Assembly (NCBI GenBank): GCA_030265395.1
Contig: JARFYF010000001.1
Location: 24,591,520 to 24,655,519 of the forward strand
Source of the DNA: Rhina ancylostomus
Taxonomy: Eukaryota
Reading direction: 5' to 3'
Length of the DNA: 64,000 nucleotides
Shown here piece after piece: positions 1 through 12,246 of the stretch. The first letter of the stretch is position 1, and each line of letters opens with the position of its first letter. Under the pieces are notes generated by a model. The model saw only the letters and a list, made by a program, of their open reading frames with translations, did no database searches and had not been told where the DNA came from. The translations under genes were made by a program, and so were the position numbers.

Positions 1-105
1 CAGCCTGTTTATTTTCCTCCATAGATGCTGCCCAACCTGTTGAGTTCCTCCGGCATTTTGGGTGTGTTGCTTCAGATTCCAGCATCTGCAGAATCTCTTG
101 TGTCT
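1..105 (+). mobile_element. Penelope-like element terminal arm (partial)
   Basis: tagatgctgcccaacctgttgagttcctcc...gattccagcatctgcagaatctcttgtgtct; same family as 1670-1872, 19530-19787, 34208-34405. Confidence 0.65.
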
Positions 106-430
106 TCGGCTAACATTTCAATTGCCTTTTTTACTACTAGCTCAACCTGCAAGTTAACCTTAAGGGAATCCTGAACTAGGACTCCCAATACCCTTTGCAC
201 CTTCGATTTCTGAATTCTGTCCCCATTTAGAAGGTAGTCTGCACCTTCATTCTTCCTAATGACCCCATACTTCCCTACACTGCATTCCATCTGCCACTTC
301 TATGCCCACAGCCCCAACCTGTTCAAGTCCTTCTGCAGACTCTCTGCCCCTCCATTTATCTTGGTATTGTCTGCAAACCGGTCCACAATGCCATCAGTTC
401 CTTCATCCAGATCATTAATGCATAAAATGA
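106..430 (-). mobile_element. CR1-type LINE ORF2 fragment (decayed)
   Basis: ORF 72..290(-) YLLNGDRIQKSKVQRVLGVLVQDSLKVNLQVELVVKKA is typical of the CR1 post-RT region. Confidence 0.8.
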
Positions 431-527
431 AAGAGCAAACATTGTTAATTAATTATTAAACATATCATATAAATCAATAATCAAATACAATTAAATGAGA
501 AACAGAACTATCATAAAACAATCAAAA

Positions 528-690
528 TTCCTCCCACATTCCAAAGGTGTACAGGTTAGGAAGTGGTGGGCATGCTATGTTGGCACCAGAAACGTGGCGA
601 CACTTGTGGGCTGCCCCCAGCACACTCTACACAAGAAGATGCATTTCACTATGTGTTTCGATGTACGTGTGAATAATAAAGATATTTTAT
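528..690 (+). mobile_element. 5'-truncated V-SINE
   Basis: ttcctcccacattccaaag V-domain end and tail gcatttcactatgtgtttcgatgtacgtgtgaataataaa; same family as 52653-52954. Confidence 0.7.
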
Positions 691-1664
691 CAAAAAAATA
701 TATTTGAAACATTTTATACTTTGAAATATTCATGTGAGAGAATAATTGTGCAGTTTTGTAAATTGTGTATTTTCTAGTCCAGTTAATATGCGAAGCAGTA
801 CTTGTGGCTTAATGCACTGTTAAGAACACAAGATTTTCAGGGCATAATGCCACTAGACCAATTTGCGAATAGATAAAATGCATGCTAGTTCAAGAGATTC
901 TCCTTGATTGTGGCACAGATTACTGCCAACAGCGCAGGCTGTGGAAGAGTATTGACTCACTGAGAGAAACTTTGGGATTTCCACATTACAAAATACATGT
1001 ATGGCAAAGCTGAAGTTGTGCTTGGTTTTGGGAACCAATGCTATCAAATGCCATTATTTATGCAATCATTATAACTCCAGAATTTATAATTTTTTAAAAG
1101 ATTTTGTCCAATATGTATTTGATCATGTTCTTTATAACTTCTGCATTTGTGTTATAACTATTGATTTTGAAACAAAAAGCTACAGATAATGGCTTCATGC
1201 TATTTTAAAAATTATAAAGCTGTTGTTGGTGTTGATAAAACATGAAGGCTAAGTTTATATGAATTGCTTGAGATTACCACATTGTCATACATTGATTATT
1301 TCTAATTTTCTAAAAAATTCTTTGAGCGTTCAGGCAGAAACAGTTTTTAAAATGTTCTTTTTAATATTTGATAAAATACAATGAGCCCTGATGTGAACAA
1401 TTAATATAAGCTACTCTTAAAAGTAAGTTTTGCCTGTTAAGATTTTAACAACAGATGGATTTTTTTCCTGAATTTTAGTTAAAGCTCAGGGTTGAGGATG
1501 TGAACAATCTCAAAGTTCATTTAAGAAACAAAAATGTAGGAAGAAAGGGCTTATCTTCAGAAGGAAATTTCCTGACAAAAGGGAAAAACAATCACATTGT
1601 TTGATGAATGATACTTAACGTCATAAATTCATACAGCAGGAAAACAGGCCCTTCAGCTCACGAG

Positions 1665-1872
1665 AGGCACAAGAAGACTGCAGATGCTGGAGCATCATAC
1701 ACAAAATGCTGGAGGAACTCAGCAGGTCAGTCAGCATCTGTGGAGGGAAATGAACAGTCAATGTTTTGGGCCGAAACATTTCATCAGGACCGATGATGAA
1801 GAGTCTCAGCCCGAAATATTGGCTGTTCATTTCCCTGCATGGATGCTGCCTGACCTGCTGAGTTCCTTCAGC
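1665..1872. mobile_element. Palindromic Penelope-like terminal remnant
   Basis: Arms 1708-1786 and about 1794-1872 are reverse complements (gctggaggaactcagcaggtca... / ...tgacctgctgagttccttcagc). Confidence 0.75.
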
Positions 1873-2360
1873 TCACCACATCAATGCCTACCCTCAAGTA
1901 TCTATCAATCAACACTTTATCAAAGGGAAGCCATTTAACCCTCATGCTTTGTTGATTTCTGAAAGAACTATTGAATTAGTTCTACTCCACTTTGTCATGA
2001 AAATGCTGCCCAATCAAATATTAACCCAATTCCTTTTTGAAAGTTATTATCTTGGAAAGTTATCTTGGCAGATGGATAAATATAGCAGATCAGACCAACT
2101 GAGGAGTATAAACCCCAGAAATATGAAGGACAACATTATGTTTACAGCAATGCAAGGAATATAAGGGATAAAGGGTTAATAAACAGTAAATTAATGTATA
2201 ATGCATAATTGAAATTTTGTTAAATAATTTGTATTTATCAACACTTTTAATGTATTGAAACATTCTTTGATGCTTCATAGTAAAGAAATGTCAGATTTTA
2301 AGAACTTTGGAAAGACTGAGAAGGAATGATTGCTAGATATTATTTATTAATAGCTGCCTG

Positions 2361-2368
<8 letters not shown>

Positions 2369-2412
<44 letters not shown>
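2369..2412. repeat. (TG)22 microsatellite preceded by (TA)4
   Basis: Seen directly; explains the VCVCVC ORF 2326..2508. Confidence 0.97.
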
Positions 2413-2414
<2 letters not shown>

Positions 2415-2704
2415 TGAGGGTATGTGTCCTTGTGTGCTGGTGTACTATACTTCACACTATGCAGGAGATGGGTATTTGGTAGATGTTGTGGAAATAGGTA
2501 AGTGTTAATTCTTGGCTATGACCTTTTTCAGTTTCATTTTTTCCATTCCAGTTTTACAGCAACAACAATCATTTGTGAACCTGGATTTACTAAAGTTATG
2601 TAAAACTCATTTGAAAATAATCTGTAAAGCAAAGTACAAAAAGAGTGCATTTTTGGATTTAGTGTTAAAGTAAAAGAGCAATCTATCTCCAAAACAGAAT
2701 CTGA

Positions 2705-2810
2705 TGTGGGGTTTCTTTTCCTCCCACTGATTCTGCTCAACCAATTGAGTTCTTCCAGCAGATTATTTGTTGTTCCAGATTCCAGCATCTGCAGTCTCTT
2801 GTGTCTCCAG
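2705..2810 (+). mobile_element. Penelope-like terminal arm (single)
   Basis: ...ttgagttcttccagcagattatttgttgttccagattccagcatctgcagtctcttgtgtctcc. Confidence 0.65.
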
Positions 2811-4022
2811 TAGAAAATGGTTCCTTGTACCATTCATCTCCAGACTTCAGTGGAATGGGTCTCTGACCTGAGGATTGAAAAGAAGCAACTTTTAATTAAT
2901 CTCATGATGTGGACATGAAGGGTACAGCTCAACTGTGAGAAAATCTTTAAAAATGGCAGAGAGCCTGGAATTAATTTGATATCCAAGATAATTTTAGGAG
3001 TGACAAGTTGTGCTTACCCAATGTGTTGAATATTTTTGAGGAAGCTTCAGGTCTGTTGCGTGGATATTGTTTAAGCGGTATGCTAAAAATGTGGGGCTAC
3101 TATTTAATGTTTATGGATAGAATCAATCCAAAGATTATATTCGAAGATAGTACCAAAATAAATAATTGTCGATGTGCAAAAAAATTTAAAGCAGCCAAAA
3201 AAGTTATAATTGCACATAGAGAAGTGGCAGACCAGTTTACCAAATGAATGTGTGGAATTATAGGATTTTCAGTGTGCATTGCCTGTTAGGTGAGATGGTA
3301 CCTGCAGTATTGCATCAGGAAAAATAGATCTTTGGATCTGAGCAGAAAGGCTGCCATCATTTTTCTCTCCATGAGCAATAAGGAAAATATAAACTTTTTT
3401 GGATTTATATAGTTACGGTGTAATTTAGCAATCAAGAAAATTCACTAAAATTATCTCTGACAGTAATGAGATAGAACCTGCATTTGAGTGCACAGCTTTA
3501 TTCTCTCTAGTTTGAAAAGATATTATGTTACTGAAGGGAATGGAAAAGAGCACTAAGAACGTAGAGCTGGGAGAGGAAGTTAGCAGTCCTGGTATTTTAC
3601 TTGTTTTAAAAAGAAGATTTAGTGGTGGTTTGCTTGAGGTTGATCAGATTACCAGGTAAATTTTTCTTCCTTGAATTAAGTTCATGAAAACGGGTTAATA
3701 ATCAAGGAAAACGAAAAATGCAATTTGTTTACAGTGAAATTGTAATATACAGTTGAAACATCTGCAACACCCAAATGCAGCACAAATGGAGACAGAGGTC
3801 AAAAAAGAACTAAACAAGTTCCTGTCAGTAAGTAGGATTCAAATTTATTACATCCATAATTCTTAGAGCTATTATGAGAAGTTTATGAGATGCTTGATAA
3901 TGGATTAGACGGGCCAGTGGTCCACACCTGCTTGAAAATTGGTCTATGTTAGTGATTCATAAAAGGTGTAGATGTAGAACTGCAAGACAATGTAACCTTT
4001 TGTTCTTGTAATCTTCACACAG

Positions 4023-4264
4023 GTTCAGAACATCAAGTGCTCTACATTGCAACCAGAAATGAAATTCGCAGTATATATCCATTTGACCCCAACTCAGCCT
4101 ATGAACAAGTGTTTCAAGGAGATGAAACTGTCAAAATTAGTATGATGGATGTGTACATTAAAGGCAAAAAGATCTTCTGGACCAATGGGCACACCGGCAG
4201 AATCTCTTTTATAGATATTTCAGACAAACGAGAAAGACAGACAAGTGATGCCACAGACCTTAAT
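4023..4264 (+). CDS. LRP1B: Exon A (242 nt): start of last YWTD propeller and furin loop, (G)[80 protein letters not shown]
   Basis: Acceptor cttcacacag|GT at 4022/4023 and donor AAT|gtaatt at 4264/4265; overlaps ORF 4037..4285; phase 1 to 0. Confidence 0.93.
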
Positions 4265-5662
4265 GTAATTTCAAGAAAGAATTAATAGAATGCATTGACC
4301 AATTAAGAATGAGTTTATAACAGCAAGTGAATTAATAATACCATTTACTGTTGATTTCTTTACTCCTGAATTTTCCCAATCAGTTATTGTTTCTATCTTT
4401 CTTAACATCTAGTTTCACATTTCACTTTGTCTCAGTTTTCACTTTGTTTTTACTCATTATTAATTAGGCTGTTGCATTTTGTGCAAAGTTGTGATGTAAT
4501 CCAGGGAGTTGATCCATTTGAGAGAACAGGATGAAATTCGTGTCACATTTCTAGAAATCTGATACTTTAAGCAGCAACAAATATTCCTGTACCAAAGTCA
4601 AGGCTTAATGCACACAGTCCTTTTGGTAGATTATATTTTGTTAAATAATCTGGGTATACCTTAAGCTCAGAGAAATTCACCTGAAGAATGATTTCTTTTT
4701 ATTTTAACATTTTTACTTACTTCTTGGCACCCAAGAGCTTTCCTGCAGCCAAGATTTTACTTAAAAAATCATTGCAATATGCCAACAAATTATTTGTAAG
4801 TAACAGAGTATTCATCACAGAGTAGCAAAATCTACTATGATATACTTTCTAAATAGGAGAGTGAATGACAATATCTCTTTGAGTCATTGCTTGGTTCTTT
4901 AGGTGGATTGGAATATCAGGATCCCACTTAACATTTTATTATTTTCTATGCAATCCCAATTCCCCCTTCCTCCCCACACCTCATAGGACATACTTTCCTT
5001 AGCTAAGCATCTTCTGCCTTTTTTTTGCAATACACACTCTTTAGGTACACTGTTTTTCCTTCCCTGCCTTTGGAAGAGTACCTTGGTTGTCCCAGCAGGT
5101 TACCTGGAAACCTGAACAAGACATTTAAGAACTCCATCCATTACTCCCCAGAAGAGATCAAGTTTCACTAGTCTGTCAAAAAGCTCATTTATTTAGTTTC
5201 CACCAATAATTAGAGGGATCAATACTCTTAAGCCCTGGCAAATCAGACAAGCTGTAAATACAGCACAAAGGCTGGTGAATAATGTGTATTTTTTTCTGAA
5301 CTCTTTGTGCAGGTAATAATTAAACTAAAGTAGCCTTTTTCATTCAATATTTATTATATTGAATGCTTTCTGAAAACATGAGTTTAGATATTATTCCCAG
5401 AAGGTAATGGAAATGTATAGTTAATGGAACCAAATTTCAGAAATATAATAGAATATGATGCCTTCTTTTTTTGCATTCTGCTTACAACTCTGGATGGACA
5501 GTTTTTATGAGGTTTATGACTAATACGATGGGAATGATTTGTTTCTTAACCTTTAACTTGTGCCAAAATTGGAGGATTCTTTTTTGTTACTGATTTGGTG
5601 ATTTTGTATTTAAATAAAATGAAAGGTTTTTTTAAGAGTAAACTTTTTTCATGGAATATTTA

Positions 5663-6086
5663 GCTCTAAGGAGGGTTTGGACAAACTTGGATTGTTATCT
5701 CTGTACCATCAGAGGCTGAGGGCTAGCCTGACAGATGTTTATAAAATGATGAGAGGCTTGGCTGGGGAGATAGTCAAAGCCTTTTTGCCCTGGGTGGAAA
5801 TGTCAAGTACCAGAAGGCATGTTTTTAAGGTGAGAGGGGAAAAGTTTAAAGGAGATTTACTCTTTTTTACACAGAGAGTGGTTGATGCCTGCAGCACACT
5901 AGCTGGGGAAGTGGTGCAAGCAGATACAACAACACTGTTTGAGGCTTTTAGACAAGCACATGAACAGGCAGGGATATAGATCACGTACAAGCAGATGGGG
6001 TTATTTTGGATTGGCATCATTGTCAGCACAGGCATTGCGGGCTGAAGGGCCTGTCCCTGTGCACTATCATTCCATGTCCTGTTCTA
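5663..6086 (+). mobile_element. CR1-type LINE 3' end
   Basis: ORF 5677..5979 LGLLSLYHQRLRASLTDVYKMMRG...FFTQRVVDAC; tail gggctgaagggcctgtccctgtgc...gttctat. Confidence 0.85.
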
Positions 6087-6659
6087 TAAATCAAAATTAT
6101 TGGTGTGTAAGTGGCAGAGTGCACACTCTGAATTCAGCCAAATCATTTGATGTATTCAGTACACATGAACATATATCATACATTATTTTCTCTAATGATA
6201 ACTACTTTCACAGTTTACAGCCAAATAAATCTGGTCCAGTCCAAACTTTAAACTGAAAGTAAAAGAAGACAAAATATCTCTTGTAAATCTGATTGTCAAT
6301 ATAGATGCAATATACAAATTTTGCATATTAAATCAATTCTCGTTCCATTGGGATTTCATTGTAATCCCATCAAATGGGATTTTTAGATAGATATCCATTT
6401 TGAAGTGAGTGATAAAGCAATAAGTGCTCACTAGTTTATTCGGTCCAGCTTCTTTGTTGCCATTGTGTATGACATCAGGGGTATCAAGCTGCCGTCCTGC
6501 ATATATACACACTCAACATACAACAGCCATTGAGTTAATTTGCTAAGAGCCAGGACTATAAATTGTGAAACTTAACACTTCACGGATGTTCCTTTGATTT
6601 TATGAGCAGAAATTTGATTTTCCACATGGAGTTATAGCTAAGGGTATCTTAGCTTGGTT

Positions 6660-6956
6660 CCAGTATTTTTATCCCTGAATCAAAATAAGTGTATGCTCAA
6701 GCTAAACTCCAGAGCTTTTAGCATGTAGTTTAGGATACCCGGGTGCATGCTGACAGTGCCACACAGTTAGGGGTGTTGCTGTTTTATTGAAAATTAAATT
6801 GAATGTGTATAGTTGTGTAGAATATTTGCAGTAAACCTGGGAATCATCTGACATTTATTCTTCAAGTAATGTCATAAGAAAAATAGATGATTTCATAATT
6901 GTTTATGGACATAGGAAAGTATAAATTGCCTGCAATGTGTCTTGGGATGCCCTGAT
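6660..6956 (+). mobile_element. Highly decayed DeuSINE (SacSINE1-like) remnant
   Basis: Weak similarity to the 49070-49345 and 29790-30175 copies (ctgaatcaaaa..., gacatttattcttcaa, ttgggatgccctga). Confidence 0.35.
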
Positions 6957-7195
6957 NNNNNNNNNNTGTTTGCAAGTTCTTCTTCCCAGGTATTTGTTAA
7001 GGTGTGCAATATCTTAGGATCCTTAATATTATTAAAACAAGGTAACACTTTTTGAAGATTTAAAAAAAATAACTACTCATTGTAACTCATGGAAGAAATG
7101 GATGCCTACTTTTCTGTGAAAATATAATCTTGTGAAAGGATGGATCACTGCTCCTTGAACAAATAAATATAAAGTGATTTTTGTTTCTACTTTAG

Positions 7196-7374
7196 ATTCC
7201 TGGGTTCCAAGCACCACAGGGAATTGCGGTTGACTGGGTTGCTGAAAATATCTACTGGACAGATTCTTTCAGAAACGTCATTTTTGTGGCCAAGATTAAT
7301 GGACAGAAATACAAAAAACTTGTTTCTGGAATGATGGACAAACCCTGTGCTATTGTTGTCGATCCCAGCAGAGG
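7196..7374 (+). CDS. LRP1B: Exon B (179 nt): [60 protein letters not shown]
   Basis: Acceptor ttctactttag|ATT, donor AGG|gtatgg; YWTD motif; phase 0 to 2. Confidence 0.95.
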
Positions 7375-7769
7375 GTATGGTACTATTTTCAACTTACTGT
7401 GAACTGCACAAACTGTATTCAGAAAACTAAGTTGTGTGCTTGCCACATGATCACCAAGATTATCCAGCTGTCAACTTGGCAAATTCAAAATGACCTTGGA
7501 ATAGCGCTAAAATTTCCCATTCAGAAATATTATGAAATACATAAAGATAAATACTGGGAATCTGAAATAAGGCAGAAGTTACTGGAAATGGTTTAAGCAG
7601 CTTCTGAAAGAGAGAGGATAATTAATATTTAGGTGTCTTAGTCTTAGTATTTGGTGGCATGATGACATTTTGTCACAACTCTCATCTATGATGTTACATC
7701 TGCCCCTGAAGTCTGATCCCTGAATTACAGAGTAAGCTGTAGTTGGGAAAGAAAATCTTATAACCATGA

Positions 7770-9070
7770 TATTTGATGTGGGCTCTGTGGCAACTTTCAT
7801 GTGCAGCCTTGACATGATTTCAAGAGTAGTGCTCAAAATCTTGGCATGCTGCTCTTGTCAAAGACTGGGAATGAGCCCTGACCCCAAACCACCTGCACAC
7901 TATCCTTGGAATTGATGTTAGCCACTGGAATCTGAACTTCAGGTTCTCTGCACATGGAAAGTTCATCTTACCCTTCCCCGCTTCAGTTCCCCACACAAGG
8001 TCTTTTTTTGAAGTCAATAGTCATCCATTCTTATGTTTACAGCAGCATTTCCTCTCTGTTGTATATGTTTATACACTTGAGTAAGTCAACTTTGTTCATT
8101 CTGACTCACCACCAAATTGTCATTATTGAAAGAGTGCATGTAAGACTCCTCGAGTTGCTTAACTTGTCATCTGTAGATAGAGCATATCTCAGAATAGTAA
8201 AGGAGAGATGATAGGACAACCATGTTGTAGATCTTCAATCTGATGGACAAACAAATATAGTATGATGAACATTATGGTGATGGAGAACATTTGTCCGAAA
8301 TAGCTGAGGGCCTTGCAGGCTTTACTGATCCTCAAACAAATTTCCTTGTCCATGTATCTGTTATTGGAGATGGCACTGTCTGGACCTTTAACCTGGCCCA
8401 CATTTTTTAACTTTCTGTCATGAATGGAGATAACTAGTGGAGGGTCTATGGAATGGGATGCAGGTTTATATACATGTGCAGCCCAGTTTATATACAATAA
8501 CTATTGATCCTGTTGATTGTATTAAAAGCTTTGATCAAGTCAATGCAGGTCAATTACAGGTCCATGTTCTGCTCTATGAATCTTCCCTGGACTTGTATGG
8601 AGATTTTCCTCAGATGAATTTGAAGTGAGTCTATTCACTAGGATGTAAAATGATATTTTTTCTGCTGCATGGAGGAAGAAAATGCCTCACAGTTTTCACA
8701 GTCAGTTTTGCTGCCTTTATTCTTCAACCAGCGCATTGTTTTTCTATTCAAATGCTGTTCAATGTGTCATGAAACTGTTCAATAACCTGTGAGCTTATTG
8801 TTTTAAAACACTGCTGGAATTTCACCTTCATCAGATAACCTGCAAGTGCTCAGATTAATGATAGCTTTGTTTTTGACTTCTTTAAGTAATGCAGGGACAT
8901 TAAGGGCCCCCAAGATGGGTTTGCTGATGATTGATCAAGAACCCATGGTTTGTTAAATAGACTTTGAGGTGCTCAGCACATCTTCGCATAATTCCTTTCT
9001 TGTCTTCAGTGAAAATTGTTCCATCTTCTGACATCGCTAGAGCTGTGCTAAACTTGGATGTTCTCTAGAT
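7770..9070 (-). mobile_element. RTE-clade LINE fragment (decayed)
   Basis: ORF 8189..8497(-) SAISNNRYMDKEICLRISKACKALS resembles the RTE motif LGSTIS..GSLDKEI..RI.KAS.AFGRL; boundaries approximate. Confidence 0.65.
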
Positions 9071-9139
9071 TGCATTGAAGAACCCAAAATAATATCTTTG
9101 TATAATTCAAGAATGTCACATTATGTCACATCTCATTCT

Positions 9140-9410
9140 TATAAATTCTTAAGAATGGGGACCTAGCATTTTCAGTCTCTCCTCATACAACAAGCACACC
9201 AACCCAGACACCAGTCTGGTGAATCTGTTCCGTACTCACACAAAAGCAAGTATTTCCTTTTTTAGACAGTGGGACCAAAATTGTACATGATATTTCAGAT
9301 GTGGTTTTACAAAGACACTATGTGATTGTGGCAACACATCTTTACTCACATACTCAATTCCTCTTGCAACCAAGCCATACAGTTCACCTCCCTAATTACC
9401 TTTTCTCATA
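9140..9410 (-). mobile_element. CR1-type LINE fragment
   Basis: cagtctctcctcata...ctggtgaatctgttccgtac...gggaccaaaattgtacatgatatttcagatgtggt is antisense CR1 ORF2. Confidence 0.65.
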
Positions 9411-10058
9411 TTGATGTAGTGTTGTCCAGGTAGCAAACATTAACATACCTGCTTCTTTCTAAAGCTGATTCAGTTGCTGTATTTTTGTGACAATGACTAT
9501 TTTTATTCTGTTGAAACGTTGTTTAATTGTTGGTCTAAATGTTGGCATTGAACAATCAAGCAAATGCCAGATAAAATCTTCACATTAAAATCCCTTTTGG
9601 TATAATCAGGAAGGACTATGCCTTCAACACAAGACTTATAATTTAAATAACAAAAGTTACATACGTTTCAATTCAGACCTCAGATGCCTTTGTTTGATTA
9701 TGTGACTTTGTCATTCAGGGCTTGGAATCCATTGTATGAAGGAGCAATTACAACCCTGTCAGTTCAAGATACATCCCACCAATTTCTCATATTTAGTCAG
9801 AATTAAAATTGCATGCAGAACAAATAACATAAATAGTTATATTCACTTAGAACATTATTAATGACAGAGTTTGGGGGTGCAATTAAAGAGACTTTTGACA
9901 GATGCTGCTTGAAAACCTGTCAACATTCTCCTTTACTAGTATCAGCACAATGCTTGTTCTGTCCTTTAATTTTAAAGAGTTTCAGTTGAAGAAAGTTTTT
10001 ATCTAAGATAGAAAATACTCTTGTAAACTATTTTGTTTAACATTTGTAATGATTACAG

Positions 10059-10165
10059 AATGATGTATTGGACAGACTACGGTAAACAGCCCAAGATAGA
10101 GCAGTCAGCCATGGATGGGACTCTGCGACGAATTCTCATACATAAGGACTTGCAATGGCCGACAG
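10059..10165 (+). CDS. LRP1B: Exon C (107 nt): [36 protein letters not shown]
   Basis: Acceptor gattacag|A, donor CAG|gtagtg; YWTD and MDG motifs; phase 2 to 1. Confidence 0.95.
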
Positions 10166-10338
10166 GTAGTGTCAATTTCTGAGTGCAATCCGTAGTGAAG
10201 CAGTGATGTTTTAAATGTGGTGGCATGACTTTCAACATGGTCATGAATCAAATATGTCAGTTTATGCTCATGTGATGGAATCAGTAAGAGGCCAGATAAA
10301 TTATCATGAACTTAATGGGTTTGCAATTGCATCATTAC

Positions 10339-10885
10339 AGAATCAGAATCAGGCTTCTTCTCACTGACATACATCATGAAATGTGTTATTTTGCATCAAC
10401 AGTACAGTGCAAGCCTTAAGGACATAAAAATTACTATGTTACAATAATAAATAAATAATGTGAAAGAGGAATAATGAGGTAGGGTTCATGGACTGTTCAA
10501 AAACCTGATGGCAGAGGGGAAGAAGCTGTTCCTGAAACATCGAGTGTGGGTCTTCAGGCTCTTGCACTTCCTCCCCTATGGTAGTACCATGAAGAGGGCA
10601 TGTCCCAGGTGGTTAGGGTCCTTGATGATGGATGTTACCTTTTTCAGGCACCACCTCTTGAATATCCTTAATGGCGGGGAGGGCTGAGTCTACAACCCTC
10701 TTCAGCCTCTTGCGATCCTGCACATTGGAGCCTCCATACCAGGTGATGCTGCAACCAGTCAGAGTGCTCTCCACTGGAGATTTTTGTAAATTTCTGTAGA
10801 AATTTGTAAGAGTCTTTAGTGACATATCAAATCTCCTCAAACTCCTAATGATGTAGAGCTGCTGGCGTGCCTTCTTTGTGTGTAC
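10339..10885 (-). mobile_element. Rex1/Babar-type LINE 3' fragment with (GATTCT)n tail
   Basis: KKARQQLYIIRSLRRFDMSLKTLTNFYR...ESTLTGCSITWYG...DRKRLKRVV; agaatcagaatc tail; runs into a gap. Confidence 0.85.
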
Positions 10886-10985
10886 NNNNNNNNNNNNNNN
10901 NNNNNNNNNNNNNNNNNNNNNNNNNNNNNNNNNNNNNNNNNNNNNNNNNNNNNNNNNNNNNNNNNNNNNNNNNNNNNNNNNNNNN

Positions 10986-11057
<72 letters not shown>
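10886..11057. other. 100-N gap followed by a 72-nt poly-C run (probable artefact)
   Basis: N at 10886-10985, C at 10986-11057; source of the poly-P/poly-G ORFs. Confidence 0.85.
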
Positions 11058-11059
<2 letters not shown>

Positions 11060-12246
11060 CAGAGACGAAGGAAAGCGCAGCATTCCTGAACACTCAGTCA
11101 GTTTTGCTAGGCTCCAAGACTATTTCCAGTCACAGAACATAAACTGCATTAGTCAGAGCTAAAGACCACACACTTTGTACTCCTAACATACCAACTTGCA
11201 GCCCGTGCTAAATGGCAGGAAGAACAGAATTACAACCAGTTCTGCTCTTTTTTTTAAAGAAACACAAAATAAAACACAAAAGTGAACCAATGAAAAATAA
11301 GTTTTAAATAAATTCAGTAAGAAAGCAGAACTTTCAATGTAGAACACATGCAAGTTTGCTAACAAACTGTTGGATTTTGGTTTTTAACAAACCTTTCACA
11401 AGGATCCCCTAAACCAAAATGCCCCATTCTGGGGCCGAGACATTATTTAAATCAGAGCTTCAATCTCCCTGGTGGTTTATACTATAGGAAATAATGGCTC
11501 TGAAAAAAAATGAAAGTATGATTCAAATTCTCCAAAACCACATACTCTCACTTCTAACCTGTGTTAGTCTTGTGGTTCTGTTTTCAATCCAGTGAGGAAT
11601 GTCTCACAATAGTACCCACTGCACACGTAAGTTTCAAAAATAAATCCACAATAAAGCTGGTAAAATAGAAAAGAAAAAGAACTTTTCAATATAATCCTCA
11701 CAATCTAATTCAGAGTTCATCAGATCAGCATGTCCTGTGCCTTTTTCTTCTGGCCAGAGGCATTCGCACACAAGTAAGTACTTCACTGTTCAGGAGGAAA
11801 TGCCACTTATTAGACTCTTCCGTTAAAAAGCATATGTTGTTGCCCATTCACATCGGTATCACACACTACTCCCTCTGACACTATCCATGAAACCCCCACT
11901 CTCAGCAGGGACTGTCCCTTGTGGAGCTGCCGTGCAGAGAGAGGTGATAGCAGAAACCAAATGGCATGCCACTTTGCACTGGAATTTCAGCTAGGAAAGT
12001 CCTTGTTGTAAATGTGAAAGCCTGATATTAATCAGTACCAGGAAGATCTGGTCTCAGTTTCATTCTGCCTGTTTTTGCTAGTCAGACCTCAAGTACCACG
12101 CAAACGCAAGTGCTTGTTCTACTCTGAAAGTCAAGATCATGGCCACAGTCACTGTCAGAAAATTTGCCTCAGGATCCTTGCAGGTTGTCTCCCTGAGATA
12201 TGCCACACTTAACACTCTGTTGGTCTCTGCTGCATTGAAGAAGTCA

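Noticed and set aside
2326-2508. Cys/Val-repeat peptide ORF
   Set aside because: It is the translation of the (TG)22 microsatellite.
1-4022. Preceding EGF exon (DINEC...-type) of the gene
   Set aside because: No Cys-patterned exon with splice sites was found; it must lie upstream of the window.
10845-11162. Poly-Pro/poly-Gly ORFs and a possible G-quadruplex/i-motif from the 72-nt C run
   Set aside because: The run abuts a 100-N gap at a contig end, typical of a sequencing or assembly artefact; the ORFs exist only by reading through Ns.
11730-11780. Possible micro-exon (tttttcttctggccag|AGGCATTCGCACACAA|gtaagta, 16 nt)
   Set aside because: Frameshifting inside the propeller, several AGs shortly upstream, and no other support; likely a chance pseudo-exon.
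11058-12246. Unique-looking stretch considered as a processed pseudogene or nested antisense gene
   Set aside because: The minus-strand frames I translated gave no recognisable protein, and I saw no poly(A)/TSD.
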